A stretch of DNA of 64,000 nt from Nitrospirota bacterium (lineage in GTDB: Bacteria; Nitrospirota; Thermodesulfovibrionia; Thermodesulfovibrionales; JdFR-86), in NCBI GenBank assembly GCA_963721805.1, contig CAVRJY010000002.1, positions 384,001 through 448,000 of the forward strand. The letters run 5' to 3'. The position numbers and the translations under genes are program-made. A model generated the notes under the pieces. The model was not told the DNA's origin. It saw nothing but the letters and a program-made list of their open reading frames with translations, and made no database searches. Of the stretch, positions 1 to 10,000 are shown piece after piece (the first letter of the stretch is position 1; every line of letters starts with the position of its first letter).

Positions 1-580
1 GCATGAGCGTAAGTACGGGCTCCTGAGCGGGTATCCCAAGCGCGGCCTTCGCGGCTGATTTCTCCATTGGGAGCGTCGCGAGCTCGTCCGTTATCGGATG
101 CCCGACGAACTCGCACTGAAGCCCCGAGCCCCGGTATACGTCCTCCTCAAACGGGAGCACCGCGGCCATGCGGTCCGCTACGCGGGCGAGCGTCTTTATC
201 CTGCCGCGCCTCCACGCCCAGACCTGAGGGCTGACGTAGTAGAGCACCTTAATGCCGAGAGCCTTGGCCGCGGCCGCGACGCGGAAATTGAAATCGGGAT
301 AATCTATACAGACGACCACGGCCGGCCTGAGGCTGCGCATCGCATCGACCGTCTTTCGCAGCGTCTCGCGCACTGTTTTGATCGCCGAGACCGCCTCTAT
401 GAGCCCGAAGACCCCGGCGATGCCCGCTATGAGCTCGACCCCGGCCGCGCGCATCTTCTCGCCGCCGACGCCCACCACCCGCACGCCGGGCCACGAGGCT
501 TGCAGCTCCCGCGCCAGCATCGAGCCGTAAAGCTCTCCAGAGCTCTCCCCGGTGACGATCATGACGGTCCTCTCAGGCAC
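1..580 (-). CDS. lpxB: Lipid-A-disaccharide synthase, N-terminal part (runs off the window edge)
   Basis: Not in the ORF track. Manual minus-strand translation from GTG at 580 gives MPERTVMIVTGESSGELYG..., the LpxB N-terminal motif. VYIDYPDFNF and YVYRGSGLQCEFVGHP follow. Overlaps the stop of the upstream aminotransferase. Confidence 0.88.
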   Translation of the reverse strand, partial: MPERTVMIVTGESSGELYGSMLARELQASWPGVRVVGVGGEKMRAAGVELIAGIAGVFGLIEAVSAIKTVRETLRKTVDAMRSLRPAVVVCIDYPDFNFRVAAAAKALGIKVLYYVSPQVWAWRRGRIKTLARVADRMAAVLPFEEDVYRGSGLQCEFVGHPITDELATLPMEKSAAKAALGIPAQEPVLTLM

Positions 581-1661
581 GCCTGATCACGGAGGAGATC
601 AGCTCGATATCCGAGGGGTTGAGCTCCGGGCATATCGGCAGCGAGAGGACCTCGGAGGCGGCGCGTTCGGCCTCCGGGAGGTCGCCCTTTTTGTAGCCCA
701 GCTTGCGGAGCGCCTTTTGCAGGTGCAGGGGCACCGGGTAGTAGATCATCGATGAGATGCCCTCGGCCTTGAGGGCCTGCTGCAGCGCGTCGCGCCTGGG
801 GCTCCGCACCGTGAACTGGTGGTATACGTGCCTGTAGCCCGGGCGCTCGATGGGGCACTCGACGCTGTCTCCAAGCAGCGAGCGGTAGAGGGCGGCCTTC
901 TGCCTCCGAAGCTCGTTCCACTGCTCTATGTGCTTGAATTTCACGAGCAGTATCGCGGCCTGTATCTCGTCCAGGCGGCTGTTGATGCCGATGACGTCAT
1001 GGCGGTAGGTCTTGGACGAGCCGTGGTTTCTGAGCATCCTGACCACATCGGCCACGGCGGGGTCCTTTAGCGTGACCAGCCCCCCGTCGCCGACCGCGCC
1101 CAGGTTCTTGCTCGGATAGAAGCTGTAACACCCGGCATCGCCTATCCCCCCGGTCATCAGGCCCTTGGCGGTCGCGCCGAAGGACTGCGCGCAGTCCTCG
1201 ACCACGAGCAGGGAGTGCCGCTTCGCGATGTCCATGATGCGGCCCATCTCGGCCGGGTGGCCGAATATGTGCACCGGCAGGATGGCCTTCGTCTTCTTGG
1301 TTATGCGGGCCTCGATCTTCTCGGGGTCTATGTTCATCGTGTCATGCTCGATATCGACCAGCACCGGCCGCGCCCCAAGATAGCAGATCGCCTCGACGGT
1401 CGCGAAAAACGTAAACGGCGTGGTGATGACCTCGTCGCCGCGCTTCACTCCGAGGGCCTGAAGCGCGAGGTGCAGGGCGTCTGTGCCGGAGGCTACGCCG
1501 AGCGCGGAGCCCGCGCCGACATACTCGCGCACCTTCTCCTCGAACTCGCGCACGCGCGGCCCGAGGACGTATGCGCTGCTCTCTAACACCGCGGCCACGG
1601 CCTCCATGACCTCGCCCCGGATGGACTCGAACTGCTTATGAAGGTTTATCATCGGTATCAT
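573..1661 (-). CDS. DegT/DnrJ/EryC1/StrS PLP aminotransferase, GnnB-like
   Basis: SGTDAL, VVEDCAQ, SFYPSKNLGAVGDGG and NSRLDEIQAA motifs; lies between a Gfo/Idh/MocA gene and lpxB. Confidence 0.9.
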   Translation of the reverse strand: MIPMINLHKQFESIRGEVMEAVAAVLESSAYVLGPRVREFEEKVREYVGAGSALGVASGTDALHLALQALGVKRGDEVITTPFTFFATVEAICYLGARPVLVDIEHDTMNIDPEKIEARITKKTKAILPVHIFGHPAEMGRIMDIAKRHSLLVVEDCAQSFGATAKGLMTGGIGDAGCYSFYPSKNLGAVGDGGLVTLKDPAVADVVRMLRNHGSSKTYRHDVIGINSRLDEIQAAILLVKFKHIEQWNELRRQKAALYRSLLGDSVECPIERPGYRHVYHQFTVRSPRRDALQQALKAEGISSMIYYPVPLHLQKALRKLGYKKGDLPEAERAASEVLSLPICPELNPSDIELISSVIRRA

Positions 1662-1668
1662 GTTGTTT

Positions 1669-2592
1669 TTACCTTGACAGGGCCGATATGCGCCCGGCGA
1701 TATCTATGGCGTACTTTAGAGCACGCCTCGCGTCCTCGCCCGATACCCTCGGCCTCCTCCTTGTTTTTATGCAATCGATGAAATCGATCAGCTCCTCGCG
1801 GAGCGGTTCCCTCTGTTCTATGGTTATGGACTCGGCCATGACCTCGCTGCCGGACTTCCTGTGGCGCGTGATGGTCGCCTTCTGGTAGTCGAGCTCGTAG
1901 GCGTCGTCAGCCTCGATTACGCTCAGAAGCCTGCGTTTCTCTCCAGCGACGCGGCTTGCGCTCAGGCGCGCCGTCACGCCGCCCTCAAACTCGATCCATG
2001 CGCTCGCGCTGTCGATGCGGCCGGTTATCACGCTTGCCCCCGCGGCCCTGATATCGAAGATCTCGCGCCCGCCGACAAGGCTGAAAACTATGTCGATGTC
2101 ATGGATCATGAGGTCCAGCGTTATGTCCACGTCCGCGCCGCGCCCGAGAAAGGGCGATACGCGCTCGGCCTCGATGAAGACCGGCTCGCGCACGAGTTCC
2201 ATGAGCCTTACCACCGAGGGGTTATACCGCTCGAGGTGCCCGACCTGCAATATCTTAGCGCGGGCTGCCGCCTCGGCTATGAGTTCGTCGGCCTCATCCA
2301 CGGTCGCGGTGACAGGTTTTTCGACCAGCACGTCCACCCCGGCCCGTAGGCAGTCCATAGCGACCGCGTGATGAGTCGTCGTCGGCGTTACGATGCTCAC
2401 CGCGTCTACGTCCCCCAGCATCGGGCGGTAGTCCGTGACCGGCGTTCCGCCGAATTTCCCGGCGGCCGCGGCCGCGGCATCGGGGTTCGCGTCGGCGATG
2501 AAGGCAAGCTCCACGCCGTTTATCGAGGAATATATCCTCGCATGGTGCGCCCCGAGGTACCCGACCCCTATGACTCCGACCTTTATCGCCAT
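1669..2592 (-). CDS. Gfo/Idh/MocA NAD-dependent oxidoreductase, GnnA-like
   Basis: GVIGVGYLG Rossmann motif, VLVEKP, QVGHLERYNP, DLMIHDID. Confidence 0.9.
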   Translation of the reverse strand: MAIKVGVIGVGYLGAHHARIYSSINGVELAFIADANPDAAAAAAGKFGGTPVTDYRPMLGDVDAVSIVTPTTTHHAVAMDCLRAGVDVLVEKPVTATVDEADELIAEAAARAKILQVGHLERYNPSVVRLMELVREPVFIEAERVSPFLGRGADVDITLDLMIHDIDIVFSLVGGREIFDIRAAGASVITGRIDSASAWIEFEGGVTARLSASRVAGEKRRLLSVIEADDAYELDYQKATITRHRKSGSEVMAESITIEQREPLREELIDFIDCIKTRRRPRVSGEDARRALKYAIDIAGRISALSR

Positions 2593-2739
2593 ATATATCC
2601 TATATACATAAGTTCATAAATACCCAATATTTTGCACGATAGGGATATGGATTTACAAGCTTGCGGCTACGCCTGACATAGCCGATATGCCGCCGCCCTG
2701 CCGGCCGGCAGGGCGGCGGCTCGGTGCTCTGCTAGTGCG

Positions 2740-3927
2740 TCAGAATACCGGCGTCGGCACGCTGCCCCACCCGGTATCGGAGGGCAGGTCCCTGATCTCG
2801 AGGATTTCGGCCTCGTGGACCTCGACGTCGGCCATGAAGCGCGGGGTCCTTTGTGCGCCGATAGAGAGCAGATCATATGGGTCATCGGACGCAACGCCCT
2901 CGATCTGCAGGAATATTATCCTGCGGACGGTCTGCCCGCCCATGCCTTGCTCCGGTGCCTGAGGCCCGCCATGGTGCATCATGTGGTGGCCGCCGCTGAG
3001 GTGGGCGAAGGGGTGCAGGATCCAGTCAGTGATCATGCCCATGGCGTGGTGCTGCTTATAGAGCCTCCAGTCGCCCCCGGTGTCCGCGATAAGCCCCTGC
3101 ATGATGTAGTCGCGCGGGATGAAGTACGCCAGGTACCGTTCGCCCGGTACCAGCCTCTGGCTGATCTCCGGCGAGGCGAGCAGGGTGGACATCCGGTGCT
3201 CGAGCATCGGCATATCGGAGGGGTCTATCGCCAGCACCGCCACGCTGCCGCCATCGGACCACAGCGGCAGGTGCCTGATCGTGTACGCCCTCAGCCCGAA
3301 GGCCCCTCCAAGCGCAAGCGCGCACAGAAGGACGAAAAACGCGGCCCGCCCGGCAGCGCCGGATGGAAATATCGCGCGCTCCACCCTCGCGGGCAGGAAC
3401 ATCCCCGTGCCTGCCATGTATTCCCTGTAAGTTTCGGGATACTCGGCGAGCATCCGGCGCTCCTCGTCCTTCGCGAGGGCATAGTAAACCAGCGCCATCG
3501 CAAGCCAGAGTACCACGACGAGCACCCTCGGCCAGAGGATCGCGAGCCCCGCCCCTGCCGCCGCGAGGCCAGCGTACTGCGGGTGCCTGATCACGGAATA
3601 CAGCCCCTTAAGCGCCGCGCCGCGCCTGCGGAGCTTGTTGGAGTATACCTGGGCCGCGCATATGAGGAAGACCCCGAGCCCGCCCAAAAACAGCACCGAG
3701 CCCGCCACCCGCACTGCCTTAAGCAGGGCGTCGGGGGGCACGACCATGTGGGGGAGGAAGAACACGCTCAGCCATCTGGTGGCCGGGTATTTCGCGACCG
3801 CGAGCAAAAAAGGGTTGAAGGCCGAGTAGAAAAACCCCGCAAACGGGCTTATCATAATCAGGACTTCGAGGGCGATAATGAAATAGAACACTATCGCGCC
3901 CTTAAAGACCGCGCTGGCCTTATTCAT
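2740..3927 (-). CDS. ICMT/PEMT-family membrane methyltransferase-like protein with a His/Met-rich C-terminal domain
   Basis: Several TM segments; GLYSVIRHPQY and EERRML...YREY motifs; C-terminal HHAMGM...HHMMHH tract. Confidence 0.7.
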   Translation of the reverse strand: MNKASAVFKGAIVFYFIIALEVLIMISPFAGFFYSAFNPFLLAVAKYPATRWLSVFFLPHMVVPPDALLKAVRVAGSVLFLGGLGVFLICAAQVYSNKLRRRGAALKGLYSVIRHPQYAGLAAAGAGLAILWPRVLVVVLWLAMALVYYALAKDEERRMLAEYPETYREYMAGTGMFLPARVERAIFPSGAAGRAAFFVLLCALALGGAFGLRAYTIRHLPLWSDGGSVAVLAIDPSDMPMLEHRMSTLLASPEISQRLVPGERYLAYFIPRDYIMQGLIADTGGDWRLYKQHHAMGMITDWILHPFAHLSGGHHMMHHGGPQAPEQGMGGQTVRRIIFLQIEGVASDDPYDLLSIGAQRTPRFMADVEVHEAEILEIRDLPSDTGWGSVPTPVF

Positions 3928-4049
3928 ATACAGATTATACCCCGTGAGAGCTGATCCTGCTCTCCGGCGATGGGGCGCGGTGCCAGAAGCCGATTTGACT
4001 TTTTTGGCCCGGATTCTGTTTAATTATTACTTCGCAAGGAGGACGAGAA

Positions 4050-4364
4050 ATGTACGCATACATAGAAGAGGGCGGCAACCAGCACAAAGTCGAGGCCGGG
4101 ATGATCATAAACGTCGAGAAGATCGACGCCGAGGCCGGTTCTGAGGTCAAGCTTAACAAGGTGCTCGCGGTCATTGGCGACCAGAGCGCGGTATTCGGCA
4201 CCCCGTACGTCCAGAACGCCTCGGTCACGGCCGAGGTCATTGGCACCGCGAAGGGCAACAAGGTGCTCATATTCAAAAAGAGGCCGAGGAAGGTCCACAT
4301 GAAGCTCCGAGGCCACAGGCAGCTGATCACGACTCTGAAGATCAAGGAAATCCAGGGGGTATAA
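4050..4364 (+). CDS. rplU: 50S ribosomal protein L21
   Basis: MYAYIEEGGNQHKV...GHRQ; GGAGG RBS; upstream of rpmA. Confidence 0.95.
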   Translation: MYAYIEEGGNQHKVEAGMIINVEKIDAEAGSEVKLNKVLAVIGDQSAVFGTPYVQNASVTAEVIGTAKGNKVLIFKKRPRKVHMKLRGHRQLITTLKIKEIQGV

Positions 4365-4370
4365 GACACC

Positions 4371-4634
4371 ATGGCGCATAAAAAAGGCGTAGGAAGCTCA
4401 CGTAACGGCCGCGACAGCGAGTCCAAGCGTCTCGGCGTAAAGAAATACGGCGGCCAGGCAGTGCTCGCCGGCAACATCATCATCCGCCAGCGCGGCACCA
4501 AGGTCCACCCCGGCAACAACGTCGGGCTCGGCCGCGACCACACGCTCTTCGCGCTCATCGACGGCGTGGTCACATTCGAGCGCTTCGGCAAGCTCAGGAA
4601 AAAAGTCAGCGTATATTCGGCCGCGACCGCCTAA
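4371..4634 (+). CDS. rpmA: 50S ribosomal protein L27
   Basis: [24 protein letters not shown]. Confidence 0.98.
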   Translation: MAHKKGVGSSRNGRDSESKRLGVKKYGGQAVLAGNIIIRQRGTKVHPGNNVGLGRDHTLFALIDGVVTFERFGKLRKKVSVYSAATA

Positions 4635-4663
4635 GACGGCCCGCGTTACACATCCGACGATCC

Positions 4664-4693
4664 AGGGGCGGCTTATGCCGCCCCTTTTTTTTT
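4664..4693 (+). terminator. Rho-independent terminator after rpmA
   Basis: AGGGGCGGC-TTAT-GCCGCCCCT stem followed by a T-run. Confidence 0.85.
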
Positions 4694-4761
4694 ATTAATC
4701 AGCCTAACCCCGGAATCCGGCTACGGATACGGGTGAAACGAGGATTCTTGAAGTGAATACC

Positions 4762-5763
4762 ATGCAGTTTATCGATTACGTAACCATAGATATCAAGGCC
4801 GGCCACGGCGGCCCGGGCAGCGTGAGCTTCAGGCGCGAGAAGTTCGTTCCGCGCGGAGGGCCCTCGGGCGGCGACGGAGGCAAGGGCGGCGACGTCATAT
4901 TCGAGGCCCGCACGCGCCTCAATACGCTTTTTGACCTCAACTACCACAAATCCTACGTCGCCGAAAACGGCGAGGCCGGGATGAAGAAAAAGATGCACGG
5001 AAGCGACGGCGCGGACGAGGTCATCCCGGTCCCGGTCGGGACTATACTTAAGGACGCCGAGACCGGCGAGGTCCTGGCCGACCTGACCGAGGACGGCGAG
5101 AGTTACATCGCCGCGCACGGGGGCAAGGGCGGCCTGGGTAACTCGCACTTCGCCACGGCCGTGCGGCAGGCCCCCCGGTACGCTCAGCCCGGACTGCCGG
5201 GCGTCGAGCTCACGATTACGGCCGAGCTCAAGCTGCTGGCCGACGTCGGGATCATCGGGCTTCCGAACGCCGGGAAGTCCACTCTGATCTCTGTCATCAC
5301 GGCCGCGCGGCCGAAGATCGCTGACTACCCGTTTACCACATTGATACCGAATCTGGGCGTGGTGAAGTTCGAGGACCGCAGGAGCTTCGTGATCGCGGAC
5401 ATACCCGGCCTGATCGAGGGCGCACACCGCGGGGCCGGGCTAGGGTTTCAGTTCCTGCGCCACGTCGAGCGCACGCGCCTGCTGGTGCACCTGGTGGACG
5501 TCTCGGAGATGTCCGAGACCGACCCGGTCGAGGACCTCCTTACCGTAAACCGCGAGCTTCAGCTCTATAGCCCCGAGCTTGCGCTTAAGCCTCAGTGCGT
5601 CGCCGCATCGAAGATCGAAATCAAAGGCGACGGCGCGAAGCTTGACAAGCTCGCGGATTATTGCAAGACTAATGGGATCGTTTTTTTCGGGATCTCGGCC
5701 GCAACGCACCTTGGCACGCAGGAATTGCTTGAGTACCTGACCGATCAGATGGAGCGGCAATGA
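4762..5763 (+). CDS. obgE: GTPase ObgE/CgtA
   Basis: FRREKFVPRGGPSGGDGG, GLPNAGKST, YPFTT, DIPGLIEGA; ATG 4762 preferred to GTG 4753. Confidence 0.97.
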   Translation: MQFIDYVTIDIKAGHGGPGSVSFRREKFVPRGGPSGGDGGKGGDVIFEARTRLNTLFDLNYHKSYVAENGEAGMKKKMHGSDGADEVIPVPVGTILKDAETGEVLADLTEDGESYIAAHGGKGGLGNSHFATAVRQAPRYAQPGLPGVELTITAELKLLADVGIIGLPNAGKSTLISVITAARPKIADYPFTTLIPNLGVVKFEDRRSFVIADIPGLIEGAHRGAGLGFQFLRHVERTRLLVHLVDVSEMSETDPVEDLLTVNRELQLYSPELALKPQCVAASKIEIKGDGAKLDKLADYCKTNGIVFFGISAATHLGTQELLEYLTDQMERQ

Positions 5764-6854
5764 GGATAGTCGTAAAGATAGGCAGCAACATACTGGCCGG
5801 GGCGGGGGGGATCAACTCGGCCCGCATACGCTCGATCGCGCGCACCGTCTCTGCACTGCATGATGCGGGGACCGAGATCGTTATCGTCTCGTCAGGGGCG
5901 GTCGCGGCCGGGATGAAGCGGCTGGGACTAAAGAGCAAGCCCAAGGACATCCAGCTTAAGCAGGCCGCCGCGGCGGTCGGGCAGCCCGCGCTCGTATGGG
6001 AGTATGAGAAGGCCTTCACCGAGCACCGCAAGACCGTGGCTCAGGTGCTGCTTACGCGCGACGCCCTCTCTGACCGCGGCATGTACATCAATTCCAAGAA
6101 CACCTTGATCGCCCTGATCGAGCGCGGCGTTATCACGATCATCAACGAAAACGACACCGTGGCCACGGACGAGATCAAGTTCGGCGACAACGACCGCCTC
6201 GCGGCGATGGTCGCCTCGCTGATCGAGGCCGACCGCCTCGTGATCCTCTCGGACGTCGACGGCCTGTATACCGCCGATCCCAAGGCCGACCCCAAGGCCG
6301 AGCTGATAAGGCAGGTCCACACTATCACGCAGGAGCTATTAGACCGCGCCGGGGGGGTCGGAAGCGCCGTCGGAACCGGGGGGATGTACTCAAAGCTCCT
6401 GGCCGCGCGCATGGCCGCCAGGTGCGGCATCGCAACGAGCATAATAAGCGGACGCAGGCCCGCGCTGCTCGGCCGTTTGATGGACGGAAAGCAGGTTGGC
6501 ACGGAGTTCGTGCCGTCGGCCGAGAAACTCTCCTCGCGCAAGGGCTGGATCGCGCACGGGATCAGGCCCAAGGGGACACTCGTGCTCGACGCCGGTGCGG
6601 TGCGCGCGCTTACTGCCTCTCAAAAGAGCCTCCTGCCCTCCGGCATCACGGCGGTGGATGGCGAGTTTAAGGCGGGCGACGCGGTCTATTGCGTGGACGG
6701 CTCTGGCAGGCGCATCGCCAAGGGGCTTACGAACTATTCCTCTGAAGAACTCGTTAAAATTCGCGGGCTTAAGACCTCGGAGATCGAGCGGGTGCTCGGA
6801 TATAAATACTCAGACGAGGCGATACACCGCGACAATATCGTCATCCTCGACTGA
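5760..6854 (+). CDS. proB: Glutamate 5-kinase with PUA domain
   Basis: VVKIGS, NENDTV, FGDNDRL, GTGGMYSK, IHRDN. Confidence 0.97.
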   Translation: MRIVVKIGSNILAGAGGINSARIRSIARTVSALHDAGTEIVIVSSGAVAAGMKRLGLKSKPKDIQLKQAAAAVGQPALVWEYEKAFTEHRKTVAQVLLTRDALSDRGMYINSKNTLIALIERGVITIINENDTVATDEIKFGDNDRLAAMVASLIEADRLVILSDVDGLYTADPKADPKAELIRQVHTITQELLDRAGGVGSAVGTGGMYSKLLAARMAARCGIATSIISGRRPALLGRLMDGKQVGTEFVPSAEKLSSRKGWIAHGIRPKGTLVLDAGAVRALTASQKSLLPSGITAVDGEFKAGDAVYCVDGSGRRIAKGLTNYSSEELVKIRGLKTSEIERVLGYKYSDEAIHRDNIVILD

Positions 6855-6885
6855 CCCGCGCCTGACGCTGTGAGTTGCACCTTCC

Positions 6886-6914
6886 TTGAATTCCAGCCTG
6901 AACGGTCGTATAAT
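6886..6914 (+). promoter_or_regulatory. Putative sigma-70 promoter of the M6 protease gene
   Basis: TTGAAT-17 bp-TATAAT. Confidence 0.6.
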
Positions 6915-7036
6915 TAATAGTAGGGTTGCTTGGCGGGCGATGCGGCCATATCGCGTTCGCCCAAGCCTATCTGGTTCGTACGCCGTGCACATACCAGGTT
7001 CCCGCCGCTAAGATGGGAGCCGCAGGTCACCAAAAC

Positions 7037-10000
7037 ATGAAATCAAGACCATACCTCACACGTATCTCGCTGGCTGTCCTGATCCTGTCGGCTTTTCTTG
7101 CCTATGGCACGACCGCCTATTGCGTCCCGGCCTCCCCGTTTAGCAGCGAGGTGACGCAGGCCGACGGCACGAAGGTCAAGGTGCACATCAAGGGCGACGA
7201 GTGGCAGCACCACGTCGAGACGACCGGCGGCTTCACGATCGAGAAAAACGACAAGGACCACAACTGGTATTATGTCGACCACTACGACAAGGGCAAGCCC
7301 GTACTGAGCAATACGCCTGCGCATCTTGGCCCGCCCTCGGGACTGAGGAAGGGCATCCGGCAGGACATCCAGCCCCAGAGGCTAAATCTCAACGCCCCGT
7401 CAGGTTCGTCCTTGTCCTTATCCGTGTCGGGCTCCTCCGGGACCGGTTCGGCAACGGTTTCCGCATCGTCTTCGAACCTCTCGCCGCCCGTTGGGAGCTT
7501 CAACGGCAAGGTCTTGATTATCCTCGCTTCATTCAGCAACAGGGCAGGCACTTATTCCGAGGCGCAATTCGCTAATTACCTGACACAGATAAGCACATAC
7601 TACAATACGGTGACATATGGCAACGTAAAACTCTCTCCGGCCACCGAGACATACGCGCTCAACAACGGCACGGCCAACGACGGCGTCGTAGGCTGGCTGA
7701 ACCTGGGCTATAATTATCCGAACACCCTCTCTAGCAACCAGACCACCGCCAACACCGCTGTCCAGCAGATCGCGCATGACGCGATAACCGCGGCCGAGCC
7801 ATACGTAGACTTCGCCTCGTTCGACACGAACCATGACGGGTACGTGGACTCGACCGAACTCGCGATACTGATAGTAGTTGCCGGCTATGAGGCTTCTTAC
7901 GACAACTCAACTCCGGCCATCTGGGCCAACACCTGGAACCTTGGCGCATATGTCCCGGTCGTGACCGTAAACGGCGTAACCGTGGGTTCCGGCCATAACG
8001 GGCTTTCATACTCCGAGATCGGCGAGATGCAGGGCAGCCACATGGCCACGGTCGGCGTCTCGGCGCACGAACTCGGCCACGAGATGTTCCAGTACCCTGA
8101 CCTCTACGACACCTCAGGGAATACCGAGGGCGACGGCGACTATTCCCTCATGGCAGCCGGAAGCTGGGGGACTTCCAACTCTGACACATACTACGGCCAG
8201 ACCCCGGTTGCGATAGACGCCTATCTCAAGCGCAAGAGCGGCTGGATCACCCCCGTGGCCGGAGCCAGCAGCGTGTCGCTCGAGGCGGTGGGCGATACAT
8301 CCGCGAACGCGACGAACACTGCCGCGATCATCAACACCTCCGCCTCCAACGAGTTTTTTCTCTTCGAGAACCGGGGCGACTTCGGGTATGACCGGGGTTT
8401 CGAGCGGCTGATACCGGGCTTCACCGGCGGGCTCGCGATATGGCACGTCGACACTAACAAGGATACCGGCAGCTATGCCGCCAACAATACCGTCAACACC
8501 GAGGCCTGCTACCCGCCGAACAACTGCGCTACGACTCATTATATGCTCGCGCTCGAACAGGCCGATGGCCACTGGGACCTCGAAAACTCCACGACGACAT
8601 ATCTCTATGACAACCGCGGCGATACCGGGGACCTCTATCCCGGATCGACGAACAATACGATATTCAATTCGACATCAACCCCCAACAGCAACATGTACAG
8701 CGGCGCATCCAGCGGGGTCCATATTTCAGCCGTATCTTCTCCGTCTTCGTCCATAACGATACACTTCAACGATAACCCCGTTACGACTGCCTCGGCCACC
8801 GGATACGCCTTCGGCGCATGGAGCAACTCGGCTTCGGTCGCGGTCACGCTGATCGCAAACGACCTGAGCGGCTTGGGTATCGCGGCCGGGTATCCGAAAT
8901 ACTGCGTCGACAGCTCAAACGCCTGCACGCCCTCGACCTCGTATTCCGGGGCGTTAGACGTGACCTGCGCCTCGGGCAGCGCATGCACGCAGTACGTCCG
9001 GTATTTCGCCCAGGACAACGACGGCGACACCGAGAGCGTAAAGAGTTCGACTGTCAGGCAGGACCTCCAAGCCCCTGCAACCACGCCTTCGGCAACCGGC
9101 TATGCGTTCGGGAACTGGTCGTCCTCGGCCTCGATCAGCGTGACTCTATCGGCAAGCGACGGCGCGGGCTCTGGCGTGGCGTCCGGTTATCCGAGATACT
9201 GCATCGACAGCTCGAATGCCTGCACGCCTTCCACGCCTTATTCCGTGGCGCTTAACGTGACATGCCCGGCAGGCGGAGTCTGCACCCAGTACGTTCGGTA
9301 CTACGCCCAGGACACTCAAGGAAACGCGGAGGCCGTGAAAAGCTCGACCGTGAACCAGGACCTCCAACCCCCGGTCACCACTGCCACGCCATCGGGCTAC
9401 GCGTTTGGAAGCTGGGGCTCCTCTGGCTCGATAAGCATAACTCTGTCGTCTGACGACGGCGCGGGATCGGGCGTGGCCTCGGGCTACCCGAGGTACTGCG
9501 TCGATACAGCGAATACCTGCACGCCAGTGACCGCATATTCGGTCCCGTTTAACGTCACCTGCGCCTCGGGCAGCCTCTGCACCCAGTACGTGCGGTACTT
9601 CGCGAGGGACGTAGCGAGCATCAACGAGGCCGTCAAGAGCTCGGTCGTCAAGCAGGACGGCCAGCCGCCTGCTACCTCGGCCTCCTCGGCCGGGTATACT
9701 TTCGGAACCATTTCGCACTCCGGTTCGGTCGGCGTTACGCTTGCGGCGTCTGACGGGGCCGGCTCTGGAGTCGCCGCGGGCTATCCGGTATACTGCGTGG
9801 ATATTACGAACACATGCGCCCCGGGGACCGCATATTCCGGCGCGATCAGCGTGACATGCGCGGCCGGGATCGCCTGCACTCAATACGCGCGGTACTATTC
9901 CGTCGACAATGCCGGGAACGCCGAGGCAACCAAGAGTTCAGCCGTGATACAGACCGTGCCGCTGGAAGTTGGTTCGGTCAGCATCAATAACGGTGCAACA

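Noticed and set aside
8777..9960. DGR template/variable repeats
   Set aside because: In-frame tandem domain repeats with differences at all bases; no reverse transcriptase in the window
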